From: Phycisphaerae bacterium
Lineage (GTDB): Bacteria; Planctomycetota; Phycisphaerae; UBA1845; Fen-1342
Assembly (NCBI GenBank): GCA_050115495.1
Contig: JASFQK010000005.1
Location: 64,001-128,000 of the forward strand
Direction of reading: 5' to 3'
DNA length: 64,000 bases
The notes under the pieces: model-generated
Told to the model about the DNA's origin: nothing
Database searches by the model: none
What the model saw: the letters and a program-made list of their open reading frames with translations, nothing else
In this document: positions 53,243-63,500 of the stretch, piece by piece
Layout: every line of letters starts with the position of its first letter
How positions within the stretch are numbered: position 1 is the first letter of the stretch
Made by a program: the position numbers and the translations under genes

Positions 53243-54496
53243 TCAGCCGCTGGCTGCCTGGATCAGGTTGCCAATGATGCTCAGCGCCGCCACCGCGCCC
53301 AGCACGATCGCCACCAGCGTGCGCCCGTCCATCCCGCCGGAGTCACCGGACGCCCGCCGGTCATGCAGCTCGCCGCCGTTCTCACCGAATACGACCTCGC
53401 CGTTGGAGAGCGTGTCCAGATCCAGGCCGCTGAGGTTGCGCTGGGCGTACTGCGGTGGCTCACCCCGCGCCAACTGGGCCAGGTCGGTGAGCAACTCGCT
53501 GGCCGAGGGGTAGCGCTGCTCGCGGTCCTTGGCCATCAGCATCTCGATCAGCGCCCCGCAGCCCGAGCTCAACCGCGTGTTCAGGTGGTCCGGCGGCGTC
53601 AGCGGCACCTTGAGGTGCTTGTGCATGACCGCCGACGGGGTCGGTCCCTCGAACGGCACGCGCCCCGTCACCATGTGGTAGAACGTTGCCCCCAGGGAGT
53701 AGAGGTCCGCCCGGTGGTCGATGTCGACCTCGCCACGGATCTGCTCGGGACTGATGTAATACGGTGTACCATAGGCTCGCCCGGCCTCGGCCATCGCCGC
53801 CGCCACGTCCGACGTCTCGCGAGCCAGACCCATGTCAGCGAGCTTGGCCACGCGGTCCTTGGTCAGCATGATGTTCTTGGGCTTGACGTCGCGGTGGATG
53901 ATGCCGCGCTCGTGGGCGTGCAGCAGGGCCTGGGCCGTCTGCCGGATAATGTCGATGGCCTCGGCCTCGTCGTAGACCTTGTCCGTCGCCAACTCGTCGT
54001 AAACGGTGCAGCCCTCGACGAACTCCATGACGAAGTAGTGGAAGCCGGCCGCCTCGCCGACGTCGATGGCCTGCACGATGTTATTGTGGTTGAGCTGCGC
54101 GGCCGCCCGCCCCTCGCGGTAGAAGCGCTCGACGAACTCCTTGTTCCGGCTCAGCCGCTTCGGCAGCACCTTCACCGCCACGATGCGGTTCAGGCTGATC
54201 TGCCGGGCTTTATAAACGACGGCCATCGCCCCCGCCCCGCATTTTCGGATGAGCTGGTAGCCGGGGATCTGCTGGGCCGGGCGGCCGCCGGAATCGTCGT
54301 TGGTCCCCTGGAGGCGATCGAGCTGCGTCCGTGTCAGAAACCCCAAATCAATCAGGACTTCCGCGATCGGACGCTGGTTACCGGTCGCAGAAAGCCGGCG
54401 TTGGTGCTCCACCGCCGTCCGTGACTCCTGCTCGGTCACCAGACGGCGTTCTACCGCCAACCGGCAAATTTGGCTATCTTCCGGCGTGTCTGCCAC
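53243..54496 (-). CDS. Hanks-type Ser/Thr protein kinase with C-terminal TM
   Basis: GAGAMAVV, VAVK, HRDVKPKN, DMGLA, GTPYYISPE, DLYSLG; TATAAT on minus strand at 54508-54513. Confidence 0.95.
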   Translation of the reverse strand: MADTPEDSQICRLAVERRLVTEQESRTAVEHQRRLSATGNQRPIAEVLIDLGFLTRTQLDRLQGTNDDSGGRPAQQIPGYQLIRKCGAGAMAVVYKARQISLNRIVAVKVLPKRLSRNKEFVERFYREGRAAAQLNHNNIVQAIDVGEAAGFHYFVMEFVEGCTVYDELATDKVYDEAEAIDIIRQTAQALLHAHERGIIHRDVKPKNIMLTKDRVAKLADMGLARETSDVAAAMAEAGRAYGTPYYISPEQIRGEVDIDHRADLYSLGATFYHMVTGRVPFEGPTPSAVMHKHLKVPLTPPDHLNTRLSSGCGALIEMLMAKDREQRYPSASELLTDLAQLARGEPPQYAQRNLSGLDLDTLSNGEVVFGENGGELHDRRASGDSGGMDGRTLVAIVLGAVAALSIIGNLIQAASG

Positions 54497-54615
54497 TGGG
54501 ACTACCTATTATAGGCGAGGACGGCCGACGCTCTCACGGCTCGTCTGAGCGTCGAATTTTACGCAGCCGCTTCGCCGGATTCAAACGGCCGAGGGCGCTT
54601 CCCGGGAAAGACACC

Positions 54616-56877
54616 ATGCGGGCCGCTGACCAATTAATTGTAGGATGCCGACAACTGTTTCGCTTCTGGCTGCCGGTTCTGATGCTGGCCCCGCTGCTGA
54701 CCGGGCCTGCTCGCGCCGCCGACCCGCCTGCCGTCACCGACGAGAGTGTCGACGCCGCCATCCGGCGGGCGATCACCTGGATCAAGACACAACGCACCAA
54801 CAACAACTGGGAAGAGCACGAGAACCGCGACGATCTCTTCTATGGCGGATCGAGCGCGCTGGCCAACCTCGCCCTGCTCTACGCCGGTGAGGATCCGCGC
54901 ACCGACTTCATGACCGCCTCGCTGGACTGGCTCGCGGCCCAGACGCTCAACGGCACGTACACGTACGGCGTCCGCGCTCACGCCCTGGCGCTCGTGCCCG
55001 GCACGAAGTACCAAAGCCGCCTCCAGTCCGACCTCGAGTGGCTCACCGGCAACGTTAACCCCGCCAACTCGCGCGCTCCCGGATCGTATGGATACCGCGG
55101 GGCCGAGGACCGCTGGGACAACTCCAACAGCCAGTACGGCGTCCTCGGCACGTGGATGGCCACCGACGCCGGCCTCACCGCCACCGACGCCTACTGGGAA
55201 CTGGTCGGCAGCCACTGGCTACGCACGCAGGCCGCCGACGGCGGCTGGGGCTATCAGGAAGGCTATCCCAGCACCGGCAGCATGACCGCTGCCGGCCTGG
55301 CCACGCTCTTCGTCGTCCTCGACCGCCTCTACACGAACCGCCCCGCCGACGCCGCCAGCGTCACGGCCGCCATCTCGTCCGGTCTCAACTGGCTCGGCCG
55401 CGAGTTCACGCCGGAGAATCCGTTCGGCGACAAGCAGTGGCTGTTCTACTACCTCTACGGCGTGGAGCGTGTGGGCCGAGCCAGCGGCTACAAGTACTTC
55501 CGCCAGCGCGACTGGTTCCGCGAAGGCGCCGCCTTCCTCCTCAGCGAGCAGCAGCCCGAAGGGCACTGGCGCGGCACCGGCGAGTACATGAGCGACCTGC
55601 GCAACACGTGCTTCGCCCTCATGTTCTTCTGCCACGGCCGGGCCCCGCTGCTGTGCAATAAGCTCGAACACGGGCCCGACTGGAACCGGCAGCTCCGCGA
55701 CGCCGCCGGCCTCACCCACTACGCGCAGCACGCCCTCGAGCGCCTGCTCAACTGGCAGATCGTCCGCCTCGACGGTTCGCTCGACGACCTGCTCGAAGCT
55801 CCCATCCTTCTCCTCACCGGCCGGGAAGCCTGGGAGTTCGACGACGTCGAGGTGCAGAAGATCCGTGAGTACTGCCTGCGCGGCGGCCTCGTGCTCGCCG
55901 TCTCCGGCGGCGAGAGCTTTCTGAACTCGATGCGCACTCTCGCCGAACGCGCCTTCCCCGACTTCCGCCTCCGCCCACTGACCAGCGAGCACCCGCTCTT
56001 CAGCGGCGAGGTCCAGTTCCCGATCGAGCGGCCCCCGCGCATGTCCCAGATCCACAACGGCCTGCGCGCCCTCATGCTCATTTGCGAGGAAGACCTGGCT
56101 GCCTCGTGGCACCGGGGCCGGGGCCACCGCGAGTACTTCCAGCTCGGCTGCAACCTGTACAACTACGCCACCGACAAGACCAACGTCCGCAGCCGCCTGC
56201 AAACGACGACCATCCCGGTGGAGCAGGTCGAGGTCACCCGCAAGATCTCCATCGCCCTTATCCGCTACGACGGTGCCTGGAACGTCGAGCCCTACGGCTG
56301 GACGCGTCTCAAGGCCTACCTCAACAACAAAACCGCCACTCGCCTCCTGGTCACCTCCGGTCTGGCCCTCGACGCCCCCGAGCTCAAGGACTTCAAGATC
56401 GCCTACATCACCGGCCTCGACGCCCACGAATTCACCGAGGCCGAACGCGAGGGCCTCAAGGCTTTCCTCCGCGGCGGCGGCACGCTGCTGGCCGACACCA
56501 CCGGCGGCCACGGCGAGTTCGACAAATCCCTCTCCGCCTGCTGCGCCGAGATCCTCAGGGTCGAGCCCCGCCGCCTGCCCGCCGATTCGTATGTCCTCAC
56601 CGGCGAGGGCATTCCCGACGCTGTGAGTATCACCGACGTCGGCTACACGCGCGTCGCCCGCGGCACGCGTGGTAACGCTCCGCCGATCTACGCCTTCGAC
56701 GTCGGCCGCCGACTGTCGGTCATCTACTCGCCGCTGGACATCAGCGCCGGCCTGCTGGGCACGCACGTCTACGATCGGCGAGGGTACGACGCCGACAGCG
56801 CCCTGAGCGTGATGCGCAACCTCCTGCTCTACGCCGACCTGCCCACTCGGGAGAAGTCCAAGCTCTCCCGTGAGTAG
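54616..56877 (+). CDS. Secreted prenyltransferase/squalene-cyclase-repeat protein with two DUF4159 domains
   Basis: Signal peptide; DNSNSQYG, QAADGGWGY, YYLYGVERVG; IREYCLRGGLV and LKAFLRGGGTLLAD. Confidence 0.85.
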   Translation: MRAADQLIVGCRQLFRFWLPVLMLAPLLTGPARAADPPAVTDESVDAAIRRAITWIKTQRTNNNWEEHENRDDLFYGGSSALANLALLYAGEDPRTDFMTASLDWLAAQTLNGTYTYGVRAHALALVPGTKYQSRLQSDLEWLTGNVNPANSRAPGSYGYRGAEDRWDNSNSQYGVLGTWMATDAGLTATDAYWELVGSHWLRTQAADGGWGYQEGYPSTGSMTAAGLATLFVVLDRLYTNRPADAASVTAAISSGLNWLGREFTPENPFGDKQWLFYYLYGVERVGRASGYKYFRQRDWFREGAAFLLSEQQPEGHWRGTGEYMSDLRNTCFALMFFCHGRAPLLCNKLEHGPDWNRQLRDAAGLTHYAQHALERLLNWQIVRLDGSLDDLLEAPILLLTGREAWEFDDVEVQKIREYCLRGGLVLAVSGGESFLNSMRTLAERAFPDFRLRPLTSEHPLFSGEVQFPIERPPRMSQIHNGLRALMLICEEDLAASWHRGRGHREYFQLGCNLYNYATDKTNVRSRLQTTTIPVEQVEVTRKISIALIRYDGAWNVEPYGWTRLKAYLNNKTATRLLVTSGLALDAPELKDFKIAYITGLDAHEFTEAEREGLKAFLRGGGTLLADTTGGHGEFDKSLSACCAEILRVEPRRLPADSYVLTGEGIPDAVSITDVGYTRVARGTRGNAPPIYAFDVGRRLSVIYSPLDISAGLLGTHVYDRRGYDADSALSVMRNLLLYADLPTREKSKLSRE

Positions 56878-56990
56878 CGACCGCGGGTCAACTCGGACGC
56901 AGGACGCGGCGCGCGACTGATAAACGTTCGCGAGAGAGCCCGCCACCGAAACCATTTGCCTTGCCGGCTGATGGTTCTCAAGCTTCCTGT

Positions 56991-57782
56991 ATGATCAACC
57001 CGCTCGCAGCCAACATGTACCGAGCCCAGACACAGTTCCAGAAGAACGTCCTGGAGCAACAGGGGACGCTCTACCGTCTGGCGACCGGGCGGCGCATCAA
57101 CGCCGGCCAGGACGATCCCGCCGGTCTGATCAGCGCCACAGAGCTGGACGCCCACATCGCCGCCCTCGATGCCGAGAGCCGGTCGATCGAGCGCGTACAG
57201 GCCAACGCCAACGTCGTCGACGGGAACCTGTCCCAGCTCTCCGGCATGATGACAGAATTGCGCGGACTCCTGGTGTCCAGCGGCAACACCGGGGCGATGA
57301 GCGACGACGAACTGGCGGCGAACCAGTTGCAGATCGACAGCTTGGTCGGCAGCATCCAGCGGTTCACAGAGGACGCCGTCGACAGCCTCGACGGCATCAG
57401 CCTGCCGGACGGTAACGACACCCTGGTCGACAGCCTGCGCAACGCAGCGGCCAGCGTCTCCTCGTTGACCAGCAGCGGCGAGAACCACCTCGCCAGCGGC
57501 AACTTCGAGGCGGCCGAGGAGGCGCTATCCACAGCGGCAACCACCGTCGCCGAGGCGCGGGGCCTCGTCGGCGCGTACCAGAAGGACACGCTGGAGACAC
57601 GGGGGCGTTCGCTGGCGGTCGAGCGAGAGAATCTGCTCGCCGCCCACAGTCAGATCATGGATGCTGACTACGCCGAGGAGACCAGCAACATGGCCCGGGC
57701 GGATGTGCTGGCGACAGCCAGCGCCTACGCGTTGCGGGTCGCCAACCAGACTGCGGCGACAACACTGAGCCTGCTTTCGTAG
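56991..57782 (+). CDS. Short flagellin-like protein
   Basis: RLATGRRINAGQDDPAGL; ENLLAAHSQIMDADYAEETSN; AN..LSLL end. Confidence 0.88.
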   Translation: MINPLAANMYRAQTQFQKNVLEQQGTLYRLATGRRINAGQDDPAGLISATELDAHIAALDAESRSIERVQANANVVDGNLSQLSGMMTELRGLLVSSGNTGAMSDDELAANQLQIDSLVGSIQRFTEDAVDSLDGISLPDGNDTLVDSLRNAAASVSSLTSSGENHLASGNFEAAEEALSTAATTVAEARGLVGAYQKDTLETRGRSLAVERENLLAAHSQIMDADYAEETSNMARADVLATASAYALRVANQTAATTLSLLS

Positions 57783-57825
57783 AGCAACGGGAGAGGGTTC
57801 TACCCGCACTCGACCAAAGGTCGGG

Positions 57826-57857
57826 ACGGCCGGCAGGGACGCCGGCCGTGTTCTTTT
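57826..57857 (+). terminator. Intrinsic terminator after the flagellin-like gene
   Basis: ACGGCCGGC-AGGGAC-GCCGGCCGT followed by GTTCTTTT. Confidence 0.65.
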
Positions 57858-59683
57858 CATCCCTCGGGATAGACGCCCAGGGCGTGGTTCCACTCGCGCA
57901 GGCGGCGGATGCGCTCGTCGCGGTCTGCGGGCAGACGCAACGGCCGGCCGCGGGTGTCCACAATCAGGCCGGCCACCCCGCCGGTAATCTCGCGTTCAAC
58001 CGGGCGACCCGTTCCGGCACCGACGTCAAACCGCCGCGCCGGGCGAACGGTGACCGTCGCCGACTGCTCCGCCGCCAGCGGAATCCGGACGAGCTGCCCG
58101 ACGGTCAGCTCGTGCGAGGTGTGCTGCCCGCCGCTGCGCACGTCGATCGACACGCAGGGCCGGCCGTCGCGATCGGTCCCGCGCGGTGCCAGGCACCAGC
58201 CCAGCCGCACCAGGCAGTCCTTGCGGAACACGTCAAGCGCCGCCTGCTCATTCACGGTGCTCAACACCCCCAACTGCGGCATCATGAAGATCGAATCGAC
58301 GGTCAGCTCCGTGAAGCCCTCCGGCTGGAAGGCGTCCAGCATCATCAGCGCGGCCTGCACGCGGCGGGGACTGTGCGAGAGCACACCGCCCGAGCCGACC
58401 AGCATGTCCAGGCCCATCATGTCGACGAGCGACTCCTCCGCCCGCTCCTGCCGGAAAGCGTCGGCCATGCTCCGGCTGCGCCGCACACCCTTCAACCCGA
58501 CGGCCATCTGCTTGTGCTGGTCGAAGGCGAGCCGCAGCGCCTCGCGGCAGACGGCCTGCTCGATCATGAGATCCTCGAGCGTCTGCGGAATCGTCGTCGG
58601 ACGGATCATCTTGTTGCGGATGCGGTTCCGCACGTCGCGCTCGTCCAGCTCGAGCGGCACCCAGCGCACAACGTTCTCGAAACCGGCGTCCGCCACGACC
58701 TGCGAGATCGAGTAGCTCATCCCCAGGTTGGCCGAGACCGTGCGATTGAACACCGGCTCGCTCGTCGGCTCGGCCGCATCCGCCCGGAACACGGAGAACA
58801 CGTCCGTCGTCGCCCCACCGATATCCACGCCGGCGAGCTGTATTCCCTCGTGCCGGGCGATCTGCTGCATGATGAGCCCCACCGCTCCGGGCGTGGGCAT
58901 CAGCGGCGTGGTGGTCCAGGTCATCAGCTTGGCGTAGCCCGGAGCCTGCTTCATGACGTGTTCGAGGAACAGGTCGTGGATGCGGTCGCGGGCCGGCTGG
59001 AGGTTCTCGTAGTCCAGCGTCGGCCGGATGTTGTCCGTCACCGACAGCGCCACCCGCCGCCCGAGGATCTCCTCCACCTCGACCCGGGCCTGCTGGTTAC
59101 CGGCGAAGATCACCGGCAACTGAAACCCCGCCCCGAACCGCGGCCGTGGGTCCGCCGCCGCGACCAGCTCGGCCATCTCGACCACGTGCTTGATCGTGCC
59201 GCCGTCGGTCCCGCCGGTAATGAGGATCATGTCCGGCCGCACGCGCCGGATGCGCTCGATCCGCTCGTGGTTGAGGCGTTGGTCGTTCGTGGCCAGCGTG
59301 TCCATGACAATCGCCCCCGCCCCGAGCGCCGCCCGGGCCGCGGACTCGGCGGTCATGTTCCGCACCACGCCGGCGACCATGAGCTGCAACCCCCCACCCG
59401 CCGACGACGTGCCGACATACGCGTCGCAGCCGTTTTCCCCCTCCCGCGGCGACCAGATCCCGCCGTCACGCAGGAATCGCCGACCGGTCAGGTCCTCGAT
59501 CTCGGCGACGGCGTTCACGACACCGCGGGTGACGTCCTCGGCCGGCGCTTCGACCGTCGTCGGCGCTTCGCCGCGGGCGATCAGCCGGAACACGCCGTCG
59601 GTCTTCTCGATCAGAATGGCCTTGGTCGTGGTGGAGCCGCAGTCGGTGGCGAGGATCGTCCGAAGTTGGGGAGCGTCGGGCAT
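57857..59683 (-). CDS. Glutamate mutase L (GlmL) family ASKHA ATPase
   Basis: TDCGSTTTK, SSAGGGL, ALGAGA, GGTDGG, MPTP, DIGGATTDVFS, RTVSANLGM, GSGGVL. Confidence 0.88.
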   Translation of the reverse strand: MPDAPQLRTILATDCGSTTTKAILIEKTDGVFRLIARGEAPTTVEAPAEDVTRGVVNAVAEIEDLTGRRFLRDGGIWSPREGENGCDAYVGTSSAGGGLQLMVAGVVRNMTAESAARAALGAGAIVMDTLATNDQRLNHERIERIRRVRPDMILITGGTDGGTIKHVVEMAELVAAADPRPRFGAGFQLPVIFAGNQQARVEVEEILGRRVALSVTDNIRPTLDYENLQPARDRIHDLFLEHVMKQAPGYAKLMTWTTTPLMPTPGAVGLIMQQIARHEGIQLAGVDIGGATTDVFSVFRADAAEPTSEPVFNRTVSANLGMSYSISQVVADAGFENVVRWVPLELDERDVRNRIRNKMIRPTTIPQTLEDLMIEQAVCREALRLAFDQHKQMAVGLKGVRRSRSMADAFRQERAEESLVDMMGLDMLVGSGGVLSHSPRRVQAALMMLDAFQPEGFTELTVDSIFMMPQLGVLSTVNEQAALDVFRKDCLVRLGWCLAPRGTDRDGRPCVSIDVRSGGQHTSHELTVGQLVRIPLAAEQSATVTVRPARRFDVGAGTGRPVEREITGGVAGLIVDTRGRPLRLPADRDERIRRLREWNHALGVYPEG

Positions 59684-59856
59684 CGGCGGTTCCAGGGATC
59701 TACGGCGTACCGGCCACATCATAAAGGACAGGGAATTGGGCGTTAAGAGCGGGGACTGCCGGTGATAACCGTGACGCTGGTTTGTAATGGTGTCGCCGGA
59801 GCGGTTGGCGTATGTTGATGTAGGAGGCATCAGGGTAAACTTGCGGGGTGCGCGTC

Positions 59857-60393
59857 ATGAAAACGCGGATTGGTCCAGGGTACCTTAAGGACGACCGGCC
59901 GGCGGGCGACGAGGACAACTGGACGCCGCTGGGCGGCGTGGTGCGGGCGGCGATAGTCGGAACGGTTGTCGCGCTGGTCCTCGCTGCTCTGACCGCGCCG
60001 ATCGTCTGGTATGTGCCGCCCATCATCATGCACTGGGCCGTGCGGTCCGGGCTGGCGTTTGTGCTGGCCTGGGTGCTCTTCGGCGTCACGCAGAAGACGG
60101 CCGGGTTCGTCGGCTGGCCGGTGTCGGGCCTGGCGATTCTGCTCGTGGTGGCCGTGCTGTTATCGCACCACGTCGTCATTGCATTGCACATCTGGCAGGC
60201 GAGCGCCCTGGCCGGACCGCCGACCGGGCTGATGTATTCGAACTGGCTCAGTCTCCCATACATCCTGCTGCTCAACGCGACGGCGTTCGTCACGCTGGGC
60301 ATGTGCACGTGGATGTTCCACAGCGGCGACAACGGCGGATTCGCCGCGCTGACGGAGTTCTTCACGCTGCCTGTGCGCGGGAGCCGGCGATAG
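59857..60393 (+). CDS. Hypothetical membrane protein (about 4 TM)
   Basis: Hydrophobic ORF filling the gap upstream of lpxB on the same strand. Confidence 0.6.
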   Translation: MKTRIGPGYLKDDRPAGDEDNWTPLGGVVRAAIVGTVVALVLAALTAPIVWYVPPIIMHWAVRSGLAFVLAWVLFGVTQKTAGFVGWPVSGLAILLVVAVLLSHHVVIALHIWQASALAGPPTGLMYSNWLSLPYILLLNATAFVTLGMCTWMFHSGDNGGFAALTEFFTLPVRGSRR

Positions 60394-60449
60394 TGATTCT
60401 TCGAGCGCACACTGGCGGGGCCGCGGCGAGTTTGTAACATCCCGGGGGC

Positions 60450-61616
60450 ATGATTCCGTTCGAACCCAAGCGGGTCTTCATCTCGGTGGCTGAGGACTCG
60501 GCGGACGTGCACGGTGCCTCGCTGCTGCGCGCCGCCGCCGACCGGCTACCGCATTGCCGCTTCTACGGCCTGACCGGGCCGCGGATGCGTGACGCGGGCG
60601 CCGAGACGCTGTACGACTTCACCGCGCATGCCGCGATGCTGGCCGGCGTCTTATCGGTCATTCGCCACGCCCGGGAGGCCGTGCGCATCGTGCGGCAGTC
60701 GTGGCAGGAGCAGCCGCCCGATCTGGTCGTCCTCCTCGACTCGCCCGAATTGCACCTGCGTCTGGCGAGCCGAGCCCGCCAGCTCGGCCTGCCGGTGCTC
60801 TACTACATCGCTCCGCAAACGTGGGCGTCGCGGGCCTATCGCAACCGGCGTATCGCCCGCGACGTCGACCGGCTGGCGTGCATCCTGCCGTTCGAAGAGG
60901 AGTACTTCCGCCAGGCCGGCGTGAACGCCGAGTTCGTCGGCCACCCCCTCTTCGAGGCCCTCGCTCGCCAGCAGCCGGACAAAGCCGAGGTTCGACGACT
61001 GCGTTCTGGCGACGGACCGCTGCTGGCCCTGCTGCCCGGCTCCCGGCGACACGTGATCGACGCCATGCTCCCGCGACAGCTCGACGTGATCAGGCAATTG
61101 CGGGCACGCGGTCTGGCCGTGCGGGCCGCGGTGTCCTGCGCCCGGCCGGAACGTGCGGAGCAGATTCAGCGGCACATACAGACCGCCGGCCTGCCGATCG
61201 AGGTGATCGCCGGCGGCAATGCGACGTTGCTGACAGCGGCGGATGCGGCGCTCGTGGCGTCGGGTACGGCGACGTTCGAAGTCGCCCACTACGGCACGCC
61301 GATGGTGGTGATGTACGACGCCGGCGGGCTATTGGCCTGGCCCTATCGCCTGTTCGGCCGCTGGGTGATCACGTCGCCGCACCTGGCGCTGGTGAACGTG
61401 CTGGCCGGTGCTCGTGTCGTACCCGAGTTCATGCCCTTCGTCCCCGACACGCGCCCCATCGCCGACACGACGGCCCGCCTGCTGAGCGATGAGTCCTGGC
61501 GGACGTCGATGCGGCAGCAACTCACTGAGCTGACTGCACCGCTGACGAAATCCGCGGCCAGTGCCCGGGTCTGTGCACTAATTCAGGAATTGCTCGAGAC
61601 CGCTGCTCAGGGATGA
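60450..61616 (+). CDS. lpxB: Lipid-A-disaccharide synthase
   Basis: AEDSADVHG, LDSPE, YYIAPQTWA, ILPFE, VGHPL, LLPGSR, SGTATFE. Confidence 0.93.
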   Translation: MIPFEPKRVFISVAEDSADVHGASLLRAAADRLPHCRFYGLTGPRMRDAGAETLYDFTAHAAMLAGVLSVIRHAREAVRIVRQSWQEQPPDLVVLLDSPELHLRLASRARQLGLPVLYYIAPQTWASRAYRNRRIARDVDRLACILPFEEEYFRQAGVNAEFVGHPLFEALARQQPDKAEVRRLRSGDGPLLALLPGSRRHVIDAMLPRQLDVIRQLRARGLAVRAAVSCARPERAEQIQRHIQTAGLPIEVIAGGNATLLTAADAALVASGTATFEVAHYGTPMVVMYDAGGLLAWPYRLFGRWVITSPHLALVNVLAGARVVPEFMPFVPDTRPIADTTARLLSDESWRTSMRQQLTELTAPLTKSAASARVCALIQELLETAAQG

Positions 61617-62083
61617 GACGATGCGCTGGCTGCCTCGTACGTGGCGACCACGTCGTGGAGCTCCTGCGCGCTGCGCGCACCCTCGATCGCCTTGCGGAAC
61701 TCTTCCATGTTCATCAGGCGGCTGATCTTGGCCAGGGCCTGGATGTGCGGGCCCGTCTGATCCGGCGGACTGACCAGCAGCACCACGAACGTCACCGGCC
61801 GCTGATCGAGACTCTGGAACTCCACGGGCTCGGCCGGCTTGCCGGCGGCGATGACGAGCTGTTTGCAGCCGTCGCTCTTACCGTGCGGAATGGCCAGTCC
61901 GTAGCCGATGCCGGTCGTTCGCTCCGCCTCACGCTTCAGGACGGCGTCGAGGGCCAGGTCACGATTGGTCAAACCACCCGTCGCATTCAGCAGGTCGACG
62001 AGCTCGGTGATCACACCGGTCTTGTCGTTGCTCTGAAGGGGAACACGAATGCGCTCGGGTGTCAGAATCTTGCTCAGTTCCAT
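61607..62083 (-). CDS. PTS IIA component (fructose/mannitol/Ntr type)
   Basis: RE..TTGIGYGLAIPHGK, HIQALAKISR. Confidence 0.92.
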   Translation of the reverse strand: MELSKILTPERIRVPLQSNDKTGVITELVDLLNATGGLTNRDLALDAVLKREAERTTGIGYGLAIPHGKSDGCKQLVIAAGKPAEPVEFQSLDQRPVTFVVLLVSPPDQTGPHIQALAKISRLMNMEEFRKAIEGARSAQELHDVVATYEAASASSHP

Positions 62084-62313
62084 GGAGTCTCGCCTTGCCC
62101 GCTGCGGTGCCGCCAAGGTCGCAAAACTCTCAGTATATCGCGTCTCTGCCATCAGTGCCAACTCCCATCGGCTGCTCGCTCGCCGTCCGGACCCGCGCCC
62201 GCGCGGCCCGGCCCCATGCCTTTCGCCAGCGCGGGCCAGCCGCTATAATGCCTGTTCAACTTACACGGCTGCCTCTTAGATAATTCAGATTCCAGCGGCC
62301 TTCTGGGAGCGGC

Positions 62314-63471
62314 ATGATGGATTTTGACCTGCCGGAGGATGTTGTTGCCATCCGCGATATGGTCCGGAAATTCGCGGCGGAGGAGATTCGTCCTCACGCC
62401 CGCGAATGGGACCGTGAGCAGTGGGTCCCCGACGAAGTCGTCGCCAAGCTCGGCGAACTCGGCCTTCTCGGCACGTTAACGCCAGAAGAATACGGGGGTG
62501 CCGGCCTCGGCTACCTGGCCAACGCCGTCATTATCGAGGAACTCGCCCGCCAGGACGGCGGCGTGGCCCTGCTCGTCGCCGCCCACAACGGACTGGCACA
62601 GTCGCAGATCAACCTGTGCGCAAATGAGGAGCAGAAGCGCAAATATCTACCCCGCATCGCCAGCGGCCAGGAGCTCTGCGCCTGGGGCCTGACCGAGCCG
62701 GAGTGTGGTTCCGACGCCGCGGCCTTGAAATCACGGGCCGTCCGCGACGGCGACGGCTGGCGGCTTACCGGGCACAAGATGTTCATAACCAACGCCGCCC
62801 GGGCGAAGGTCTTCGTCATCATGGCCCGCACCGATCCGGACCTTGGCCCCAAGGGCATCTCCGCCTTCATCGTCGAGCGCGACGACGAGGGCTTCGCCGT
62901 CGGGTCCAAGGAGGACAAGATGGGCATGCGGTCGAGCGACACCATGGCGCTCGACTACGAGAACGTCTATCTCGGGCCCGACCGGCTGCTCGGTGAGCTC
63001 AACCATGGCTACGCCGACGCCCTGAAGGTGCTCGAGCGCGGCCGCGTGGCCATCGGAGCCCTCTCCGTCGGCCTGGCCCGCGGCAGCATCGAGGAGTCGT
63101 CCGCCTACGCCAACGAGCGCGTGGCCTTCGGCAAGCCGATCGGCCGGCTCCAGGCGATCCAGTTCAAGCTCGCCGACATGGCCACCGAGTTCGAGGCCGC
63201 CCGCCTGCTCATCCACGACGCGGCCTGCACGCTCGACCGCGGCGGCGACGCCAAGCTGAAGGCCTGCCTCGGCAAGCTCTTCGCCAGCGAGATCGCCACC
63301 CGCGCCGGCCTGGAAGCCATCCAGATCCACGGCGGCTACGGCTATACCAAGGACCTCCCTGTCGAGCGCTACATGCGCGACGCCAAGCTCGACGAGATCG
63401 GCGAAGGCAGCAGCGAGGTGCAGCGCATCGTCATCGCCCGCGAACTGCTTCAGGGGGCGACCATCTGCTGA
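62314..63471 (+). CDS. Acyl-CoA dehydrogenase
   Basis: [46 protein letters not shown] at 62244-62249. Confidence 0.95.
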   Translation: MMDFDLPEDVVAIRDMVRKFAAEEIRPHAREWDREQWVPDEVVAKLGELGLLGTLTPEEYGGAGLGYLANAVIIEELARQDGGVALLVAAHNGLAQSQINLCANEEQKRKYLPRIASGQELCAWGLTEPECGSDAAALKSRAVRDGDGWRLTGHKMFITNAARAKVFVIMARTDPDLGPKGISAFIVERDDEGFAVGSKEDKMGMRSSDTMALDYENVYLGPDRLLGELNHGYADALKVLERGRVAIGALSVGLARGSIEESSAYANERVAFGKPIGRLQAIQFKLADMATEFEAARLLIHDAACTLDRGGDAKLKACLGKLFASEIATRAGLEAIQIHGGYGYTKDLPVERYMRDAKLDEIGEGSSEVQRIVIARELLQGATIC

Positions 63472-63500
63472 ACCGACCTTGAGGTACAAGGGGTCATACT

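Noticed and set aside
56921..56953. Sigma-28 promoter for the flagellin-like gene
   Set aside because: TAAA is present but there is no GCCGATAA-like box at 15-bp spacing
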